Below are positions 25,468 through 38,560 of a DNA stretch of 64,000 bases, one piece after another. How positions within the stretch are numbered: the stretch's first letter is position 1; every line of letters begins with the position of its first letter. A program made the position numbers and the translations under genes. The notes under the pieces were generated by a model, which was not told the DNA's origin, ran no database searches, and saw only the letters and a program-made list of their open reading frames with translations. Source of the DNA: Malacoraja senta (lineage: Eukaryota); NCBI GenBank assembly GCA_038087875.1, contig CM075991.1:372001-436000 (forward strand). The letters are read 5' to 3'.

Positions 25468-26115
25468 CTTAGGCATGTTGGCCTTCATAACAAGAGGAGT
25501 TGAGTATAGGAGCAAATAGGTCCTTCTGCAGTTGTACAGGGTCCTAGTGAGACCACACCTGGAGTATTGTGTGCAGTTTTGGTCTCCAAATTTTAGGAAG
25601 GACATTCTTGCTATTGAGGGAGTGCAGCGTAGGTTCACGAGGTTAATTCCAGGGATGACAGGACTGTCATTTGTTGATAGAATGGAGCGGTTGGGCTTGT
25701 ATACTGTGGAAATTAGAAGGAGAGGATATATTATTGAAACATATAAGATTATTAAGGGTTTGGACACGCTAGAGGCAGGAAACATGTTCCCGATATTGGG
25801 CGAGTCCAGAACCAGGGGCCACAGTTTAAGAATAAAGGGTAAGCCATTTAGAACGGAGACGAGGAAAAACGTTTTCACACAGAGGGCTGTGAATCTGTGG
25901 AATTCTCTGCCTCAGAAGGCAGTGGAGGCCAATTCTCTGGATGCTATCAAGAGAGAGTTAGATAGAGCTCTTAAAGATAGCGGAGTCACGGGATATGGCG
26001 AGAAGGCAGGAACGGGGTACTGATTATGGATGATCGGCCATGATCATATTGAATGGCGGTGCTGGCTCGAAGGGCTGAATGGCCTACTCCTGCACCTATT
26101 GTTTATTGTCTATTG
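25468..26115 (+). mobile_element. CR1 3' fragment (similar plus-strand pieces at 10510-10975, 22730-23180, 39710-40380 and 60270-60890)
   Basis: RPHLEYCVQFWSP...SRTRGHSLRI...NLWNSLP and the conserved ggctcgaagggccgaatggcc tail hairpin. Confidence 0.9.
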
Positions 26116-26469
26116 ATGTACAAAGAGATCTTGGCGGTGCAAGTTCATAGTTCCCTGAAAGTGGCAACACAAGAAGATAGAGTGGTAGGAAGGCATATGA
26201 CACACTTACATCTCGATCAGGGAATGGAATGTACAAATCGGGAAGTCACACTACAGCAATAAAACTTTAGTTAGACCATGTTAACTGTATTTTATGCAGC
26301 TTATATCACCATATTACTGGAAGGATATAGAGGCTTTGGAGAGGGTGCAGAAATGATTCACCTTTTGATATTGCATGAATTGGGGAGTATTTGCTACACG
26401 GTGGAATTGGATAAACTTGGATAGTTTTCCATGGAATATCAGAGGTTGAGGGGTAACGTGATAGAAGCA

Positions 26470-27242
26470 TTTAGAATTTGTTTTTTGTACAAAAATTCAA
26501 AAATTTTGGATTGAAATTTTTGAGATCTTTACAAAATTATTTAAAATAAAACTGATACCAAAAGCAGAATGGATTATCTTCGGAACAATGGAAGATAACT
26601 AAATGTCCTGAACTAAATGTGTTTCAAAAGAAATTAATAGATTACGGGTTAATAACTGGAAAAAAGTTAATCCTAAAATTCTGGAAAAACGCTCCAATAC
26701 CAACTATAAACATGTGGATTTCAAATATGTTTGAAACATTACACCTAGAAGAGATAAGACTCCTCCTGGCAGGTAAACCAGATCACTTCCACCTGACGTG
26801 GTCTGCATTTATAGAATTATTACAAGTATAGGGTGCAAAAGTACTTTAAAAAAAAACTGAGGGCAGGTAAAGGGGGATGAAAGCTGGAGAGTTGGTATAT
26901 CCCATTTGCGTGATGCTTATAACAAAGTATTTGTTTTTCTCTTTTTTCCTCTTTCTCTTTTTTTTTCTTCTTTAGGGTCTATCTCTTAATCCTTTCTTTT
27001 TAATTTCTTTTCTACAGGGTCTATGTTCTTTCTTGTTGTCACGTTTTTACACCTTCACTATTTTCCTTCACTTTCTCTTTTTTTCTTAATCTCAACCTTT
27101 CCTTTTTATCAGTGTAAAAAATGACGGAGTACATTAATTGTAATAAGATATACGTGATGAGTACTAATGTAATTGGTTGTAATGTAATGTACTTCTAATA
27201 AATAAATTTAAAAAAATAAAAATTAAAAAAAATTAAAAAAAA
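26470..27242 (+). mobile_element. L1-clade 3' fragment
   Basis: YGLITGKKLILKFWKNAPIPTINMWISNMFETLHLEEIRLLL is homologous to the 16972-18123 ORF; AATAAA and A-rich tail. Confidence 0.85.
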
Positions 27243-29819
27243 GAATTATGAGAGACGTAGATATGGGTAGAAATGTCAAATATTAAAGGGCAAAGGTTTA
27301 AGATGGGATTGGGAAAGTTGAAAAGAAATTCATGATGCAAGCTTTGTTTTATTTTACACAGAGTATTGGGTACCTGGAGCAGGCTATCATGGGGAATGGT
27401 GGAAGTAGGTAAAACAGCAATGATTAAGAGGCATATAGACGGGCATATGAACAGGCTGGGGTGGGGAGATATCCTAACTGGCTGCATCTTGGCCTGGTAT
27501 AGCAATTCCAATGTACAGAAAAGCAAAAGGCTACAGAGAGTGATGGCTTAGCCCAGTACATCACGGGCACAACTCTCCCTATCATTTATATGAGGCACTG
27601 TCCCAAGAATGCAGCATTTATCACTAATGATCCGCACCAACCTGGCCATATCCAGTACTTCTTGTTGCTGCCATCAGGCAAGAGGTACAGGAGCCTAAAG
27701 TCGCAAACTACCATGTTCAGGAAGAGCTACTTTCCTACAACCATCAGGTTGCACAACCTTAATCTTACCGCAACAACCAAACACTATGGGACCACCTCTA
27801 GCATCACATGGACTCGTTTCATAATTGTGTTTTGCACTAATATCTTATTTTTAGCTGTTTATCTTTTCACTGCCCCGTAGAATTTAAATAATTTATACAT
27901 ACTTTGTTTCTTTGTGTTGCCTGAATCTATCTGTCTGTGATGCTGCTGCAAGCAATTTTCATTGCTATACTTGTGCAAATGACAAGAAACTCAACTTGAC
28001 ATTTGTTGCTGATTTTGCTTCATCCTCTAATCTTTCCAAGCTTTTCCTGTTCATATTGGAATTCCTTGGTGAACTTGACTTGACACCCATTTTTATGCAA
28101 TTTATTACTTTTTTGAAGTTTTCTTCAACTATTTTTTGAATAACCAGATGGAGCATCCTCCATGTTGTTTTCACCCATTCCTTCTCTCCAGAGATGCTGC
28201 CTGTCCAGCTGAGTTACTCCAGCATTTTGTCTATCTATGATTTAACCCAGCATCTGCAGTTCCTTGATACACATTGTGTCTGCTCCACTGTGAAATCTAC
28301 TCAATGTCTACCTTGAAGAAATTCTCCTCCTCTCTCCGACAAGAGTTCAGCTACCCAATCCTTCTCTTGAGATGCTGCCTGTCCCGCTGAGTTACTCCAG
28401 CACTTTGTGCCAATCCTCCATGTGGAGTTGTCAACGTTATGCGTCCATCTTGCATAAAAGGGCAGAGGCATTATTAATAGCAAGGCACATAGTTGACTTT
28501 GCATGATAAATGCCGTTTCTTGGATAGGCGGAGATTGGACAGTGGTGTTCGCAGGTTTCAATGTTGGGGGCCCTTCCTTTTCAAAAATCTATATTAAGGA
28601 CCTAGATCATGCATGCCATGATTTTAAAATTTGTTGATAACACAAAACTTAGCAGTATTATGAAATGGAAAGAAGACAGATTCAAACATGCCAGTAGAAA
28701 AGGACGAGCTTGTGGTGAGATGAAGATGATAGAGAGAATGACGAGAGACAATACAATAAGAAAGGATACTCATCTGAAAGGCTCCTGGGGTTCAAGTGCA
28801 CAAGTAATTGAAAATGGCAGCAAAACACAAAATGCTGGCGTAACTCAGCGGGTCAGGCAGCACATGTGGAGGGAATGGTTAGGCAACATTGCAGGTCAAG
28901 ACCCTCTTTGGATTGATTGCGGGGGGTGGGGTGGAGGAAGCTGGAAAAGATGGGTGTGGGACAAAGCCTGGCAAGTTATGCTTTCTACCCTTGAACATAG
29001 TCCCCCCCTTTCTGTCATGGCTGTGTGCCTCATAGCCAGGATTTTGGGTACGTTACATCAGGGGATAAAATTGGTATGTAAAAAAGGCAATGCTAAGGTG
29101 GTCATGGGAGATTTCGATATGCAGGTAGACTGGGTAAATCAGATTGGTACTGGACCCCAAGAAAGGTAATTTGTAGAGTGCCTCCGAGATGTATTCTTAG
29201 AGCAGCTTGAAGTGGAGCCTACCAGGGAAATGGCAATTCTGGATTTAGTAATGAACCGGATTTGATAAGGGAACTCAAGGTAAAGGAACCAGTAGGAGGT
29301 AGAGACCACAACATGAGGGAGGAGCTGGCCAAAGTTGACTGGAAAAGGACCCTAGCAGGGTTGCCGGTAGAACAGCAATGGCAGGAATCCCTGGGAATTA
29401 TCCGGAAGATGCAGGATCTTTTCATTCCAAAGAGGAAGAAAGATTCTAGTGGGAGAAAGACGCAACAGTGACTGTCAAGGGAAGTCAAGGAAAGTATAAA
29501 ACTAAGAGAAAAGGCATATAACATAGTAAAGATTAGTGGGAAGCCAGAGGATTGGACAAATTACCAATATTACCCCGCTGCACAAAAAGGGAGCAAAACA
29601 GAATAATGGGAACTACAGGACAGTTAGTCTGACATATGTGGTTGGTAAGATTTTAGAATTCATTATAATGGATGAGGTTACAGAGTACTTAGAAGTTCAC
29701 GATAAAGAGGCCAGTCAGCATGGCTTTGTGTAGGGAAGGACTTGCTTGACAAATTTGCTGGAATTGTTTGAAGAAGTAAATAGCAGGACATGCAAAATAG
29801 AGTCAGTAGATGTTGTTTA

Positions 29820-31921
29820 TATATAACCATATAACCATCACAGCACGGAAACAGGCCCTCGGCCCTTCAAGTCCGTGCCGAACATTTTTTTGTTTTTGTT
29901 TTAACTTCCCCCTAGTCCCATCTACCTGCACTCAGACCATAACCCTCCATTCCTTTCCCGTCCATATACCCATCCAATCTATTTTTAAAGGATAAAATCG
30001 AACCTGCCTCCACCCACTGGAAGCTCATTCCACACAGCTACCACTCTCTGAGTAAAGAAGTTCCCCCTAATGTTACCCCTAAACTTCTGTCCCTTAATTC
30101 TCAAGTCATGTCCCCTTGTTTGAATCTTCCCTACTCTCAATGGGAAAAGCTTACCCACGTCAACTCTGTCTAACCCGCTCATAATTTTAAAGACCTCTAT
30201 CAAGTCCCCTCTTAAACTTCTGCGTTCCAAAGAATAAAGACCTAACTTGTTCAACCTTTCTCTGTAACTTAGTTGCTGAAACCCAGGCAACATTCTAGTA
30301 AATCTCCTCTGTACTCTCTCTATTTTGTTGACATCCTTCCTATAATTAGGCGACCAAAATTGTACTCCATACTCCAGAATTGGCCTCACCAATGCCTTGC
30401 ACAATTTTAACATTACATCCCAATATTCAATGCTCTGATTTATAAAGGCCAGCACACCAAAAGATTTCTTTACCACCCTATCTACATGAGATTCCACCTT
30501 CAGGGAACTATGCAGTTATTCCTAGATCCCTCTGTTCAACTGCATTCCTCAATTCGCTACCATTTAACATGTACGTCCTATTTTGATTTGTCCTGCCGAG
30601 ATGTAGCACCTCACATTTATCAGCATTAAACTCCATCTGCCATCTTTCAGCCCACTCTTCCAAATGGACTAAATCTCTCTGTAGACTTTGAAAATCGACT
30701 TCATTATCCACAACACCACCTATCTTAGTATCATCTGCATACTTACTAATCCAATTTTCCACACCATCATCCAGATCATTGATGTACATGACAAACAACA
30801 GTGGACCCAACACAGACCCCTGAGGCACCCCCACTAGTCACTGGCCTCCAACCTGACAAACAGCCATCCACCATTACTCTCTGGCATCTCCCATTCAGCC
30901 ACTGTTGAATCCATCTTGCTACTCCACCATTAATACCCAACAATTGAACCTTATTAACCAACCTTCCATGTGGAACCTTGTCAAAGGCCTTACTGAAGTC
31001 CATATAGACAACATCCACCGCTTTACCCTCATCATTTTCCCTAGTAACCTCTTCAAAAAATTCAAGAAGATTAGTCAAACATGACTTTCCAGGCACAAAT
31101 CCATGTTGACTGTTCCTAATCAGATCCTGTTTATCCAGATGCTTATACATATTATCTCTAAGTATCCTTTCCATTAATTTGCCCACCACTGACGTCAAAC
31201 TAACAGGTCTATAATTGCTAGGTTTACTCTTAGAACCCTTTTTAAACAACGGAACATGCGCAGTACGCCAATCCTCCGGCACTATTCCCGTTTCTAATGA
31301 CATTTGAAATATTTCTGTCATAGCCCCTGCTATTTCTGCACTAACTTCCCTCAATGTCCTAGGGAATATCCTGTCAGGACCTGGAGACTTATCCGTTTTC
31401 ATATTTTTCAAAAGTGTCCGCACCTCCTCTTCTTTGAATCTCATAGTTTCCATTGCTACTCTGCTTGTTTCCCTTACCTCACATAATTCCATATCCTTCT
31501 CCTTGGTGAATACCGAAGAAAAGAAATTGTTCAATATCTCCCCCATCTCTTTTGGCTCTGCAGATAGCTGTCCACTCTGACTCTTTAATGGACCAATTGT
31601 ATCCCTCGTTATACTTTTGCTATTAATATAGCTGTAGAAACCCTTTGGATTTACTTTCACCTTACTTGCCAAAGCAACCTCATATCTTCTTTTAGCTTTT
31701 CTAATTTCTTTCTTAATATTCTTTTTACATTCTTTATACTCCTCAAACACCTCATTTACTCCATGCTGCCGATAATTATTGTAGATCTCTCTCTTTTTCC
31801 GAACCAAGTGTCCAATTTCCCGTGAAAACCATGGCTCTTTCCAATTTTTACTATTTCCTTTCAACCGAACAGGGACATAAAGATTCTGTACTCTTAAAAT
31901 TTCACCTTTAAATGTCCTCCA
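29820..31921 (-). mobile_element. CR1 LINE of a second subfamily, 5'-truncated
   Basis: 401-aa ORF with YMDFSKAFDKVPH, then YADDTKIGG and RPILEYGVQFWSP; (atggttat)n-type tail. Same subfamily as 54395-55545. Confidence 0.92.
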
Positions 31922-31954
31922 TTTACTTAGATTTTCAGAAAGCCTTTGATAATG

Positions 31955-32730
31955 ATTACCGCACGGTGCCAGCCTCACCAACAGTCAATCTTTTTGTCTT
32001 TTTTTAGTTTTTTTAGTGTGTTTTAAAAGTTTGTGTTAATGTTCTCTGGTTTGTTTTATGTGGGGGTGGGGGTGGGGGAGGGGGTGTGGAAGGGGGCCGG
32101 GGGAAACTTTTTTTCAATCTCTTAACTTGCCGGAGATGCGATTGTTTTCCGGATCGTATCTCCGGTCGCTCGGCGGACTAACATCGTGGAGCTGGCGGTC
32201 TTGCTCGGGACTGGCTTTGAGCCCCACCGCCGGGACGTGAACTTACCATTGGAGCCAATCCCTTGCCTGGGATCGACGCTCCAACTGCAGCCTGTGGATT
32301 TCACCATCGAGGAGCAAGCAGTCTCTGGTAGAGACTGATGTCGGGAAGCTCCAAACGACGCAGAAGGATCGACTAGCCCCGACCCGGGGTCAGATCGTCC
32401 GGCGCGGGATAGCTGACATCCCCCCCGATGCAGAAGCTTGATCGCCCCAAACGTGGAAGGCCCGAACGCCGCCGGCAACGGGAGCCAAGGTCGTCCCGTC
32501 AATGGAAGGCCCGAGGCACCCGACCGCGGGAGAACAAAGAAGGGAAGAGATTGAACTTTTTTTCCCTTCCATCACAGTGAGGAATGTGGAGGAGTCACTG
32601 TGGTGGATGTTCATGTTAACATGTATTTTGTGTGTTTTGTTGCTTTTTACTGGTATTACTGAATCAAATTCCTCGTATGTTGCAAAACATACTCGGCTAA
32701 TAAAGTATGATTATGATTATTATGATTATA
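31955..32730 (+). mobile_element. GC/CpG-rich non-coding retroposon with AATAAA and microsatellite tail (relatives at 8990-9760 +, 14510-14910 -, 43310-44045 -)
   Basis: Shared blocks (ttagtgtgt...ggggaaac; ccttccc/atcacagtg...gatgtt) and tails (tatgat)n or (cttata)n. Inserted cleanly into a CR1 at gataa. Confidence 0.65.
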
Positions 32731-33884
32731 AGGTGCCACACGTGAGGCTGCTCAGGAAGCTGAGAGCCAACCGTATCAAAGGGCAGATACTAGCATGGAA
32801 AGCAGGTTGGCTGGATGGCAGAAAACAAAGAGTGGCAACAAAGGGGGCTTTTTGTAGTTGCCTGCCAGTGACTAGTGGAGTTCCGTAGAGGTCGGTGCTG
32901 GGGCTGCTGGTCTTCCCTTTGTATATTAATGATTTGGATGAGGGGATTGAAGGCTTTGTGGCAAAGTTTGCGGATGATACAAAAATAGGTGGAAGGGCAG
33001 GTAGTGTAGAGAAAACAGGGACTCTGCAGAAAGACTTGGACAGGTTGGGAGAGTGGGCAGAAAAGTAGCAGATAGAATATAGTGTAGCAAAGTGTGGAGT
33101 CATGCATTTTTGTAGTAGGAATAAAGGCGTAGACTATTTTCTTAATGGGGAGATAATCCAGAAATCGGAGATGCAAAGGGACTTGGGAGAGCTGGTGCAG
33201 GATTCCCAAAAAGTTAATCTGCAAGTCGAATCAGTAGTAGAGAAAGCAAACTCAATGCTACCATTTATTTCAAGATGGATTGTATAAAAAAACAGGGATT
33301 CATGTTGAGGCTCTATAAGATGCTGGTAAGGCCGCATTTGGAATATAGTGAGCAATTTTGGGCACCATATCTGAGGAAGGATGTGCTGGCTCTGGAGAGG
33401 GTCCAGAGGAGGATTACAAGAATGATCCCAGGAATGAGTAGGTTAACCTATGATGAGCGTTTGTCGGCAATGGGCCTGTACTTGTTGGAGTTTAGAAGAA
33501 TGAGGGGGGACCTAATTAAAACATATAGAATAGTGAAAGCTTGGATAGAGTGGATGTGGAGAGGACATTTCCACTAGTGGGAGAGTCTAAGACTAGAGGT
33601 CATAACCTCAGAATTAAAGGACATTATTTTAGGAACGAGATGAGGAGAAATGTCTTTAGTCAGATGTGGTAAATTTGTGGAATTCTTAGCCACAGAAGGC
33701 TGTGGAGGCCAAATCAGTGGATATGTTTAAGGCAGAGATAGATAGATTCTTGGTTAGTACAGGTGTCAGAGGTTATGGGGAGAAGGCAGGAGAAGGCAGG
33801 AGAATGGGGTTAGGAGGGAGAGATATATCAGCCATGATTGAATGGCGGAGTAGACATCATGCGCCAAATGGCCTAATTCTAACT

Positions 33885-34490
33885 ACGGGATGGGTCTCCG
33901 CTGCATCCCGTAGCTCTGCTCTTACTCCTCTTCCACCCAGAAGCAACAGGGACAGAGCTCCCCAGTCCTCACCCTTTAACCTACCAGCCTCTGCATCCAA
34001 CACATCATCCTCCAACATTTCCATCATCTCCAACATGATCTCACCACTAATCACCTGTTCCCATATCCACCTTCCGCAGAAACCACTCCCTCCTCAGCTC
34101 TTTGGTTCACTCCTCCCCTCCCACCAAAACCACCCCCTCCTCAGATATCTTCCCCTGCAACAGCAAAAGATGCAACACCTATCCTTCTACTGCCTCCCTT
34201 GATTCCATCCAGGGACTACAACAGTCCTTCCAGGTGAGACAAAGGTTCACATGCACCTCCTCTAACCAAGCGAAGACTCAGTGACCGTTTTGTTGAACAT
34301 TTACGCTCAGTCTGCCAAGGCCTACCAGATCTCCCAGTTGCTAATCATTTTTAACTCTTTCCCATACTGACCTTTCTCTCCTGGGCCTCCTCCACAGCCA
34401 GAGTGAGGCCACGGGTAAATTGGAGGAACAGCACCTCATATTTTGCTTAGGTAGCTTACAACAAAGAATGTTGAATTCTCTCAGTTGAAT
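33885..34490 (+). mobile_element. Decayed Penelope GIY-YIG fragment
   Basis: FPCNSKRCNTY...IQGLQQSFQVRQRFTCTSSN is homologous to 58248-58937. Confidence 0.85.
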
Positions 34491-35354
34491 TCTCCTTAAA
34501 GTGGACAGGTACATGGGTAGGACAGGTTTAGAGGGAGATGGACCAAGCGCAGGCAAGTGGGACGAATGTAGCTGCGACATTGTTGGGCCAAAGGGCTTGT
34601 TTCCACACTATCACTCTATGACTCGAAGTGGCAGTACCTTGAACAACGTGGAAACAAAGAACTGCAGATGCTAGTTTAAACCAAAGATAGACACGATCTG
34701 CTGGAGTAACACAGCGGGTCAGGCAGCATCCCTGGAAAGAAAGAATGGATGACGTTTTAGGTCGAGACTCTTCTACAGACTTTTTATACAGAGAGGGTGG
34801 TAGGTATATGAAACTAACTGCCGGAGGAGGTAGTTGTGACAGGTTCTATCGCACCAATCGCAACAGGTCCATGGATAGGATAGGTTTAGAAGGATATGGA
34901 CCAAACGCAGGCAGGCGGGACTTGTTAGATGGGGAATGTTGGCCAACGGAGACAAATTGAGCTGAAGGGCCTGTTTCCACCCTGTACGACTCCCCTCTCT
35001 CCAACCCCCTTCCTCCAATAAAAGTTGGTTAACCAGTTTAACAGTTCGCAATGATATTTGATAGTTTTAGCAACAAAGTTCTAGCACTTTGTATCTATCT
35101 TTGAGATAACAATCATCTGCAGTTCATATTTATTACATTAAGTGACAGTTGCTTGCAGGTGAAGGGGATTTGATTGGCAGATGGGAGGAGTAAGTGACAA
35201 AGGCCAGAGATGAAAAGAAGACAAAAGGATGTCAGGCAAGGAGGGAAGAGGAGTAAATGCCAAGCCAGAAGGCGGGATATAAGTGGTGGAAAGATGGGGA
35301 CAAGACACGGTGTGGAGAAGGGAGACAGAGCATGGGATAAATGGGTGCCGACGG

Positions 35355-37839
35355 CAGAGCAGCCAACGCTCACGCATTGAGCGTGAGACTCACGCATTTC
35401 GCCCAATTCTCACGCTCTCACGCTGATCACAGAATTTCTCACGCTGTCATGAAATATTCTGTGATCAACGAGAATTTCAAAACTAATATCAACTGCATGG
35501 GCCGCGGGTGTTGGAGAGCCGGGGCTGAGGGAGGGATGGAAACAGAAGCAGCGGCGGGGGCAGATGCGGACGTGGAGCTGAGGCTGGCGAGTGTTTGCCA
35601 AGCTGGCGAGTCGGTCGCTGCAGCTCCGGCCATGGAGCAGCCTCATTTTCTCCAACCACCCCCATTTGAAGGCCACTATCTTCCACTACTTCTACCCAGT
35701 GCTTGGTATTTTCCTCCAGCAGCAACTGGTTGTCCTCCAGGATGCACCGAGCTGCAGCCTGGTCCATGCCGGTCACCAGGGCGAATTCGGCACAGAGACT
35801 CTCACGGCAGCGGCGCAACGCTTCCGTCGCCTCTGACGGCCCGGGACTCTTGCATTTCTATTCAACCTGTCCTATCCATGTATCAGTCTTTCTTAAATGT
35901 TGGGATAGTCCCTGCCTCAACTACCTCCTCTGGTTACCCCTCAAAAATACTTCAAACAAAACAAATTGAAATCATACTTCTACAATGCACTAAAACATGA
36001 TTTTAATACATAAAATTTCAAAAAAGGCCCTACCTTGGGAGGGGGGCACCCCCCTCCCACACTCGGTTGCTCCACCCCCAAGGCCAGTGATCACTCAGCC
36101 CACCCACTTTCAAAAACGCTCCGCGGCCCCTGGTTCAGACGGAGAGCACTGCCAGATGTGAGCGGGGAACTGAGGCCAGTTGTCCGTGATGTCTGGATCC
36201 CATGATCAGCGCTTTGTGTTTTGGAGTTGGCTAATGTTATTGATTTGTAATTAGCCTGATTTGTAATTAGTTGACAAAACCTTAATTTATTAATCCGGAA
36301 TATCCAGGGGGATGGGATAAGTGTAATATTAAAATGACATGCAAGGTGTCAGGCTGTCTGTCACAACATACAGCCCCGATAACCTATTATTTCCTTCAGT
36401 TAAATATTGGGAAGGTAGCACTATTGTCATTTGCCACTCAACTATTATGTTTGTTTGCCTCACTGATTATTCATAACCCCCCCCCCCCCCAAATTCCTTT
36501 GACAGGTTGAATAGAAATGACCCCAATCTCGTTGTTTTATTAATTGAACACGTAGATGAACATCCTCAAGGAATGTAATCAGATGGAAACTGATTCAGAT
36601 GTGATGTTTATGAGCTTGTTCAAAGAAGGGGCATATTTTAAAGGAGTGACAGAGATACTTGCAGGGGAATGTGTGAGGAGGTTATTATTTGTCTTTACTT
36701 TTAGCTTGAACCAGGACATCTGAAGATTCAAAGTTTAATATAGTAATTGTGTATCATTGTTGTGTTATGAATATCACAAAAAATATTATGTACTCTCAAG
36801 ATCACATTAAATAGAATATTATTGCTTAAATATATAGTTATTGGACTTTGCATTTCGGCAAAGTCCCAGCTGAGAGGAAGACAGCAAAATACTGAAAATA
36901 TTGGGGGTGAAAATGACTTCAGGACAGTTTGTTAGGAAAATGAAGGAAATGGTAACAGAATATTTATACAGCTGAGTGAGTATAATTTTATGGATAAGAA
37001 ATTATGTTCAACCAATGGATTACTTCTTTGACAAAGTAACTAGCATGTTCGATAACAAGGAAGCCAATGGATGTAGCAAATACAAAATTTGGTCCGTGAA
37101 GTGCCCCATAAAAGATTACCGCATTAGATAAGCACCTGTGGACTTGAACGTAATAGGTTAAGTCCAGGGGGTCAGATATGGGGCTTTATATGTGGGCCAG
37201 TTATATTGTCAGTGCAGAGGGGCTAGGAGCAAGGCCAAGTGTGCATCCAGAGTCAAAGTCTGGAATAGTACTAGGTGTGCAGTCAAAGCTGGCACAATTT
37301 GAGTGTTCAGCACAGGGAACCTAAGCAGGTAAGCAGCTATGATCAGGGTAGAATAGGGTGTAAGGCTGGACTCAGGGTCAGGAATGAGAGAATGTATGCA
37401 ACTGGAGTCAGGGTCAGTAGTACCAATTGTGCAGTGAGACCCAGGTTGGCCAAGTGCTTGATTATAATCTGACTTCCATACATGAATACACTGAGATCAT
37501 CCATGTGCTGCACCTGTTGATCAGAAGTCTGAAGAAGGGTTTCAGCCCGAAACGTTGCCTATTTCCTTCGCTCCATAGATGCTGCTGCACCCGCTGAGTT
37601 TCTCCAGCATTTTTGTGTACCTGTTGATCAGAGCCTGGCTCTACTATGGAATGTAATTTAGATCAACCTTATTCATAGCTAATCCAATTTAAAGCATAAA
37701 TATTGCATTTAAGAAAAGACTCGCAACAGTATGCACCAGATTGCACAATTTCAAGCTGAAAAATGCAAAAGCTCCATACCAATGGGAGGGGGGACTCGGG
37801 CTTGGTCTCACTCATTTCCCAACTCTCACCCAATGTTGG
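35355..37839 (+). mobile_element. Second, more decayed copy of the same TIR family with different cargo
   Basis: Left end cagagcagccaac followed by the same ctcacgc subterminal repeats. Right subterminal block 37640-37839 matches 51400-51662. It splits a Penelope-derived tail that rejoins across the insertion (compare 44320-44560). Confidence 0.75.
37526..37618 (+). mobile_element. About 93-bp Penelope pLTR-derived mini-element with hammerhead motif
   Basis: Nearly identical to 59051-59146. 14-bp TSD acctgttgatcaga at 37512-37525 and 37619-37632. Confidence 0.85.
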
Positions 37840-38487
37840 GGGGAGGGGCACAGGAAAGAGGAGTAGGGGGGGGGGGGCATGTTAGTTAAAGCTGGAGAAT
37901 TCAATGCTCATACCCTCTGGTTGTAAGTTACCCACACAGAACATGAGGTGTGCTGTTCCTCCAGTTTGTGTGGCCTCACTCAGCCCGGATCAGAAAGGTT
38001 AGTATGGGAATAGGAATGGGAAGGTTAGCAACCGGGAGATCCAACAGACCGAGCGCCCTGAACAAAAATGGCATTTACAAAGTAAATAAGGCAAACACAA
38101 TTGTGGTCTTTAACAATATAGGCATACCGTATATAAACAAGGAAGTCGTGCTGAATCTTTAGAAATGACTGGCCCTGCCTCAGCTGGAGTTTGGTGTTGA
38201 ATCTTAGCCACCCGGCTCAACGTGGAGAGGATGTGATGGTGGGGCTGAGGTATTTGCTGTGAAAGAGGAGATAGTGGGAGCGCGGGGCGCCGGGCGGTGA
38301 CACAGGGGACCCGGAACGGGACGACCAGGTACGGGGAGGAGCAGCCGCGGGGCGGGGTTGGCCAGTCACCGACACAAAGTGAACGCGAGCGTGCAATGAC
38401 TGCTGCTCGGACCCCCGGGGGCAGGGAGCGGCGCCCGCAGAGACAGCACTACTACAACGGGCCGAACGGCCTCCGCTCTTCACTCAC

Positions 38488-38560
38488 CCGCCCGGATCCC
38501 TGCGCCGACCACTAGGCCGCAAGCCCCGCCCCCCCCACATCATCACAGCAGTCCGTCATC
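38488..38560 (-). other. STAMBP: Putative non-coding exon 1 of STAMBP (TSS not defined)
   Basis: Strong donor CGG|GTGAGTG at 38487-38481 inside the only non-TE CpG island upstream of the ATG exon, directly downstream of a promoter motif cluster. Confidence 0.65.

Larger units (their letters stand above)
29030..33885 (+). mobile_element. Internally deleted CR1 hosting two later insertions (29820-31921 and 31955-32730)
   Basis: The host reads gatgttgttt | acttagattttcagaaagcctttgataa | ggtgccacac across both insertions; 3' tail near 33780-33885. Confidence 0.85.

Noticed and set aside
35489..35818. A functional TDP2 gene at this locus
   Set aside because: Only exon-1-like sequence is present. 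It is inverted or truncated, sits inside TIR arms, and no phosphodiesterase exons were seen.
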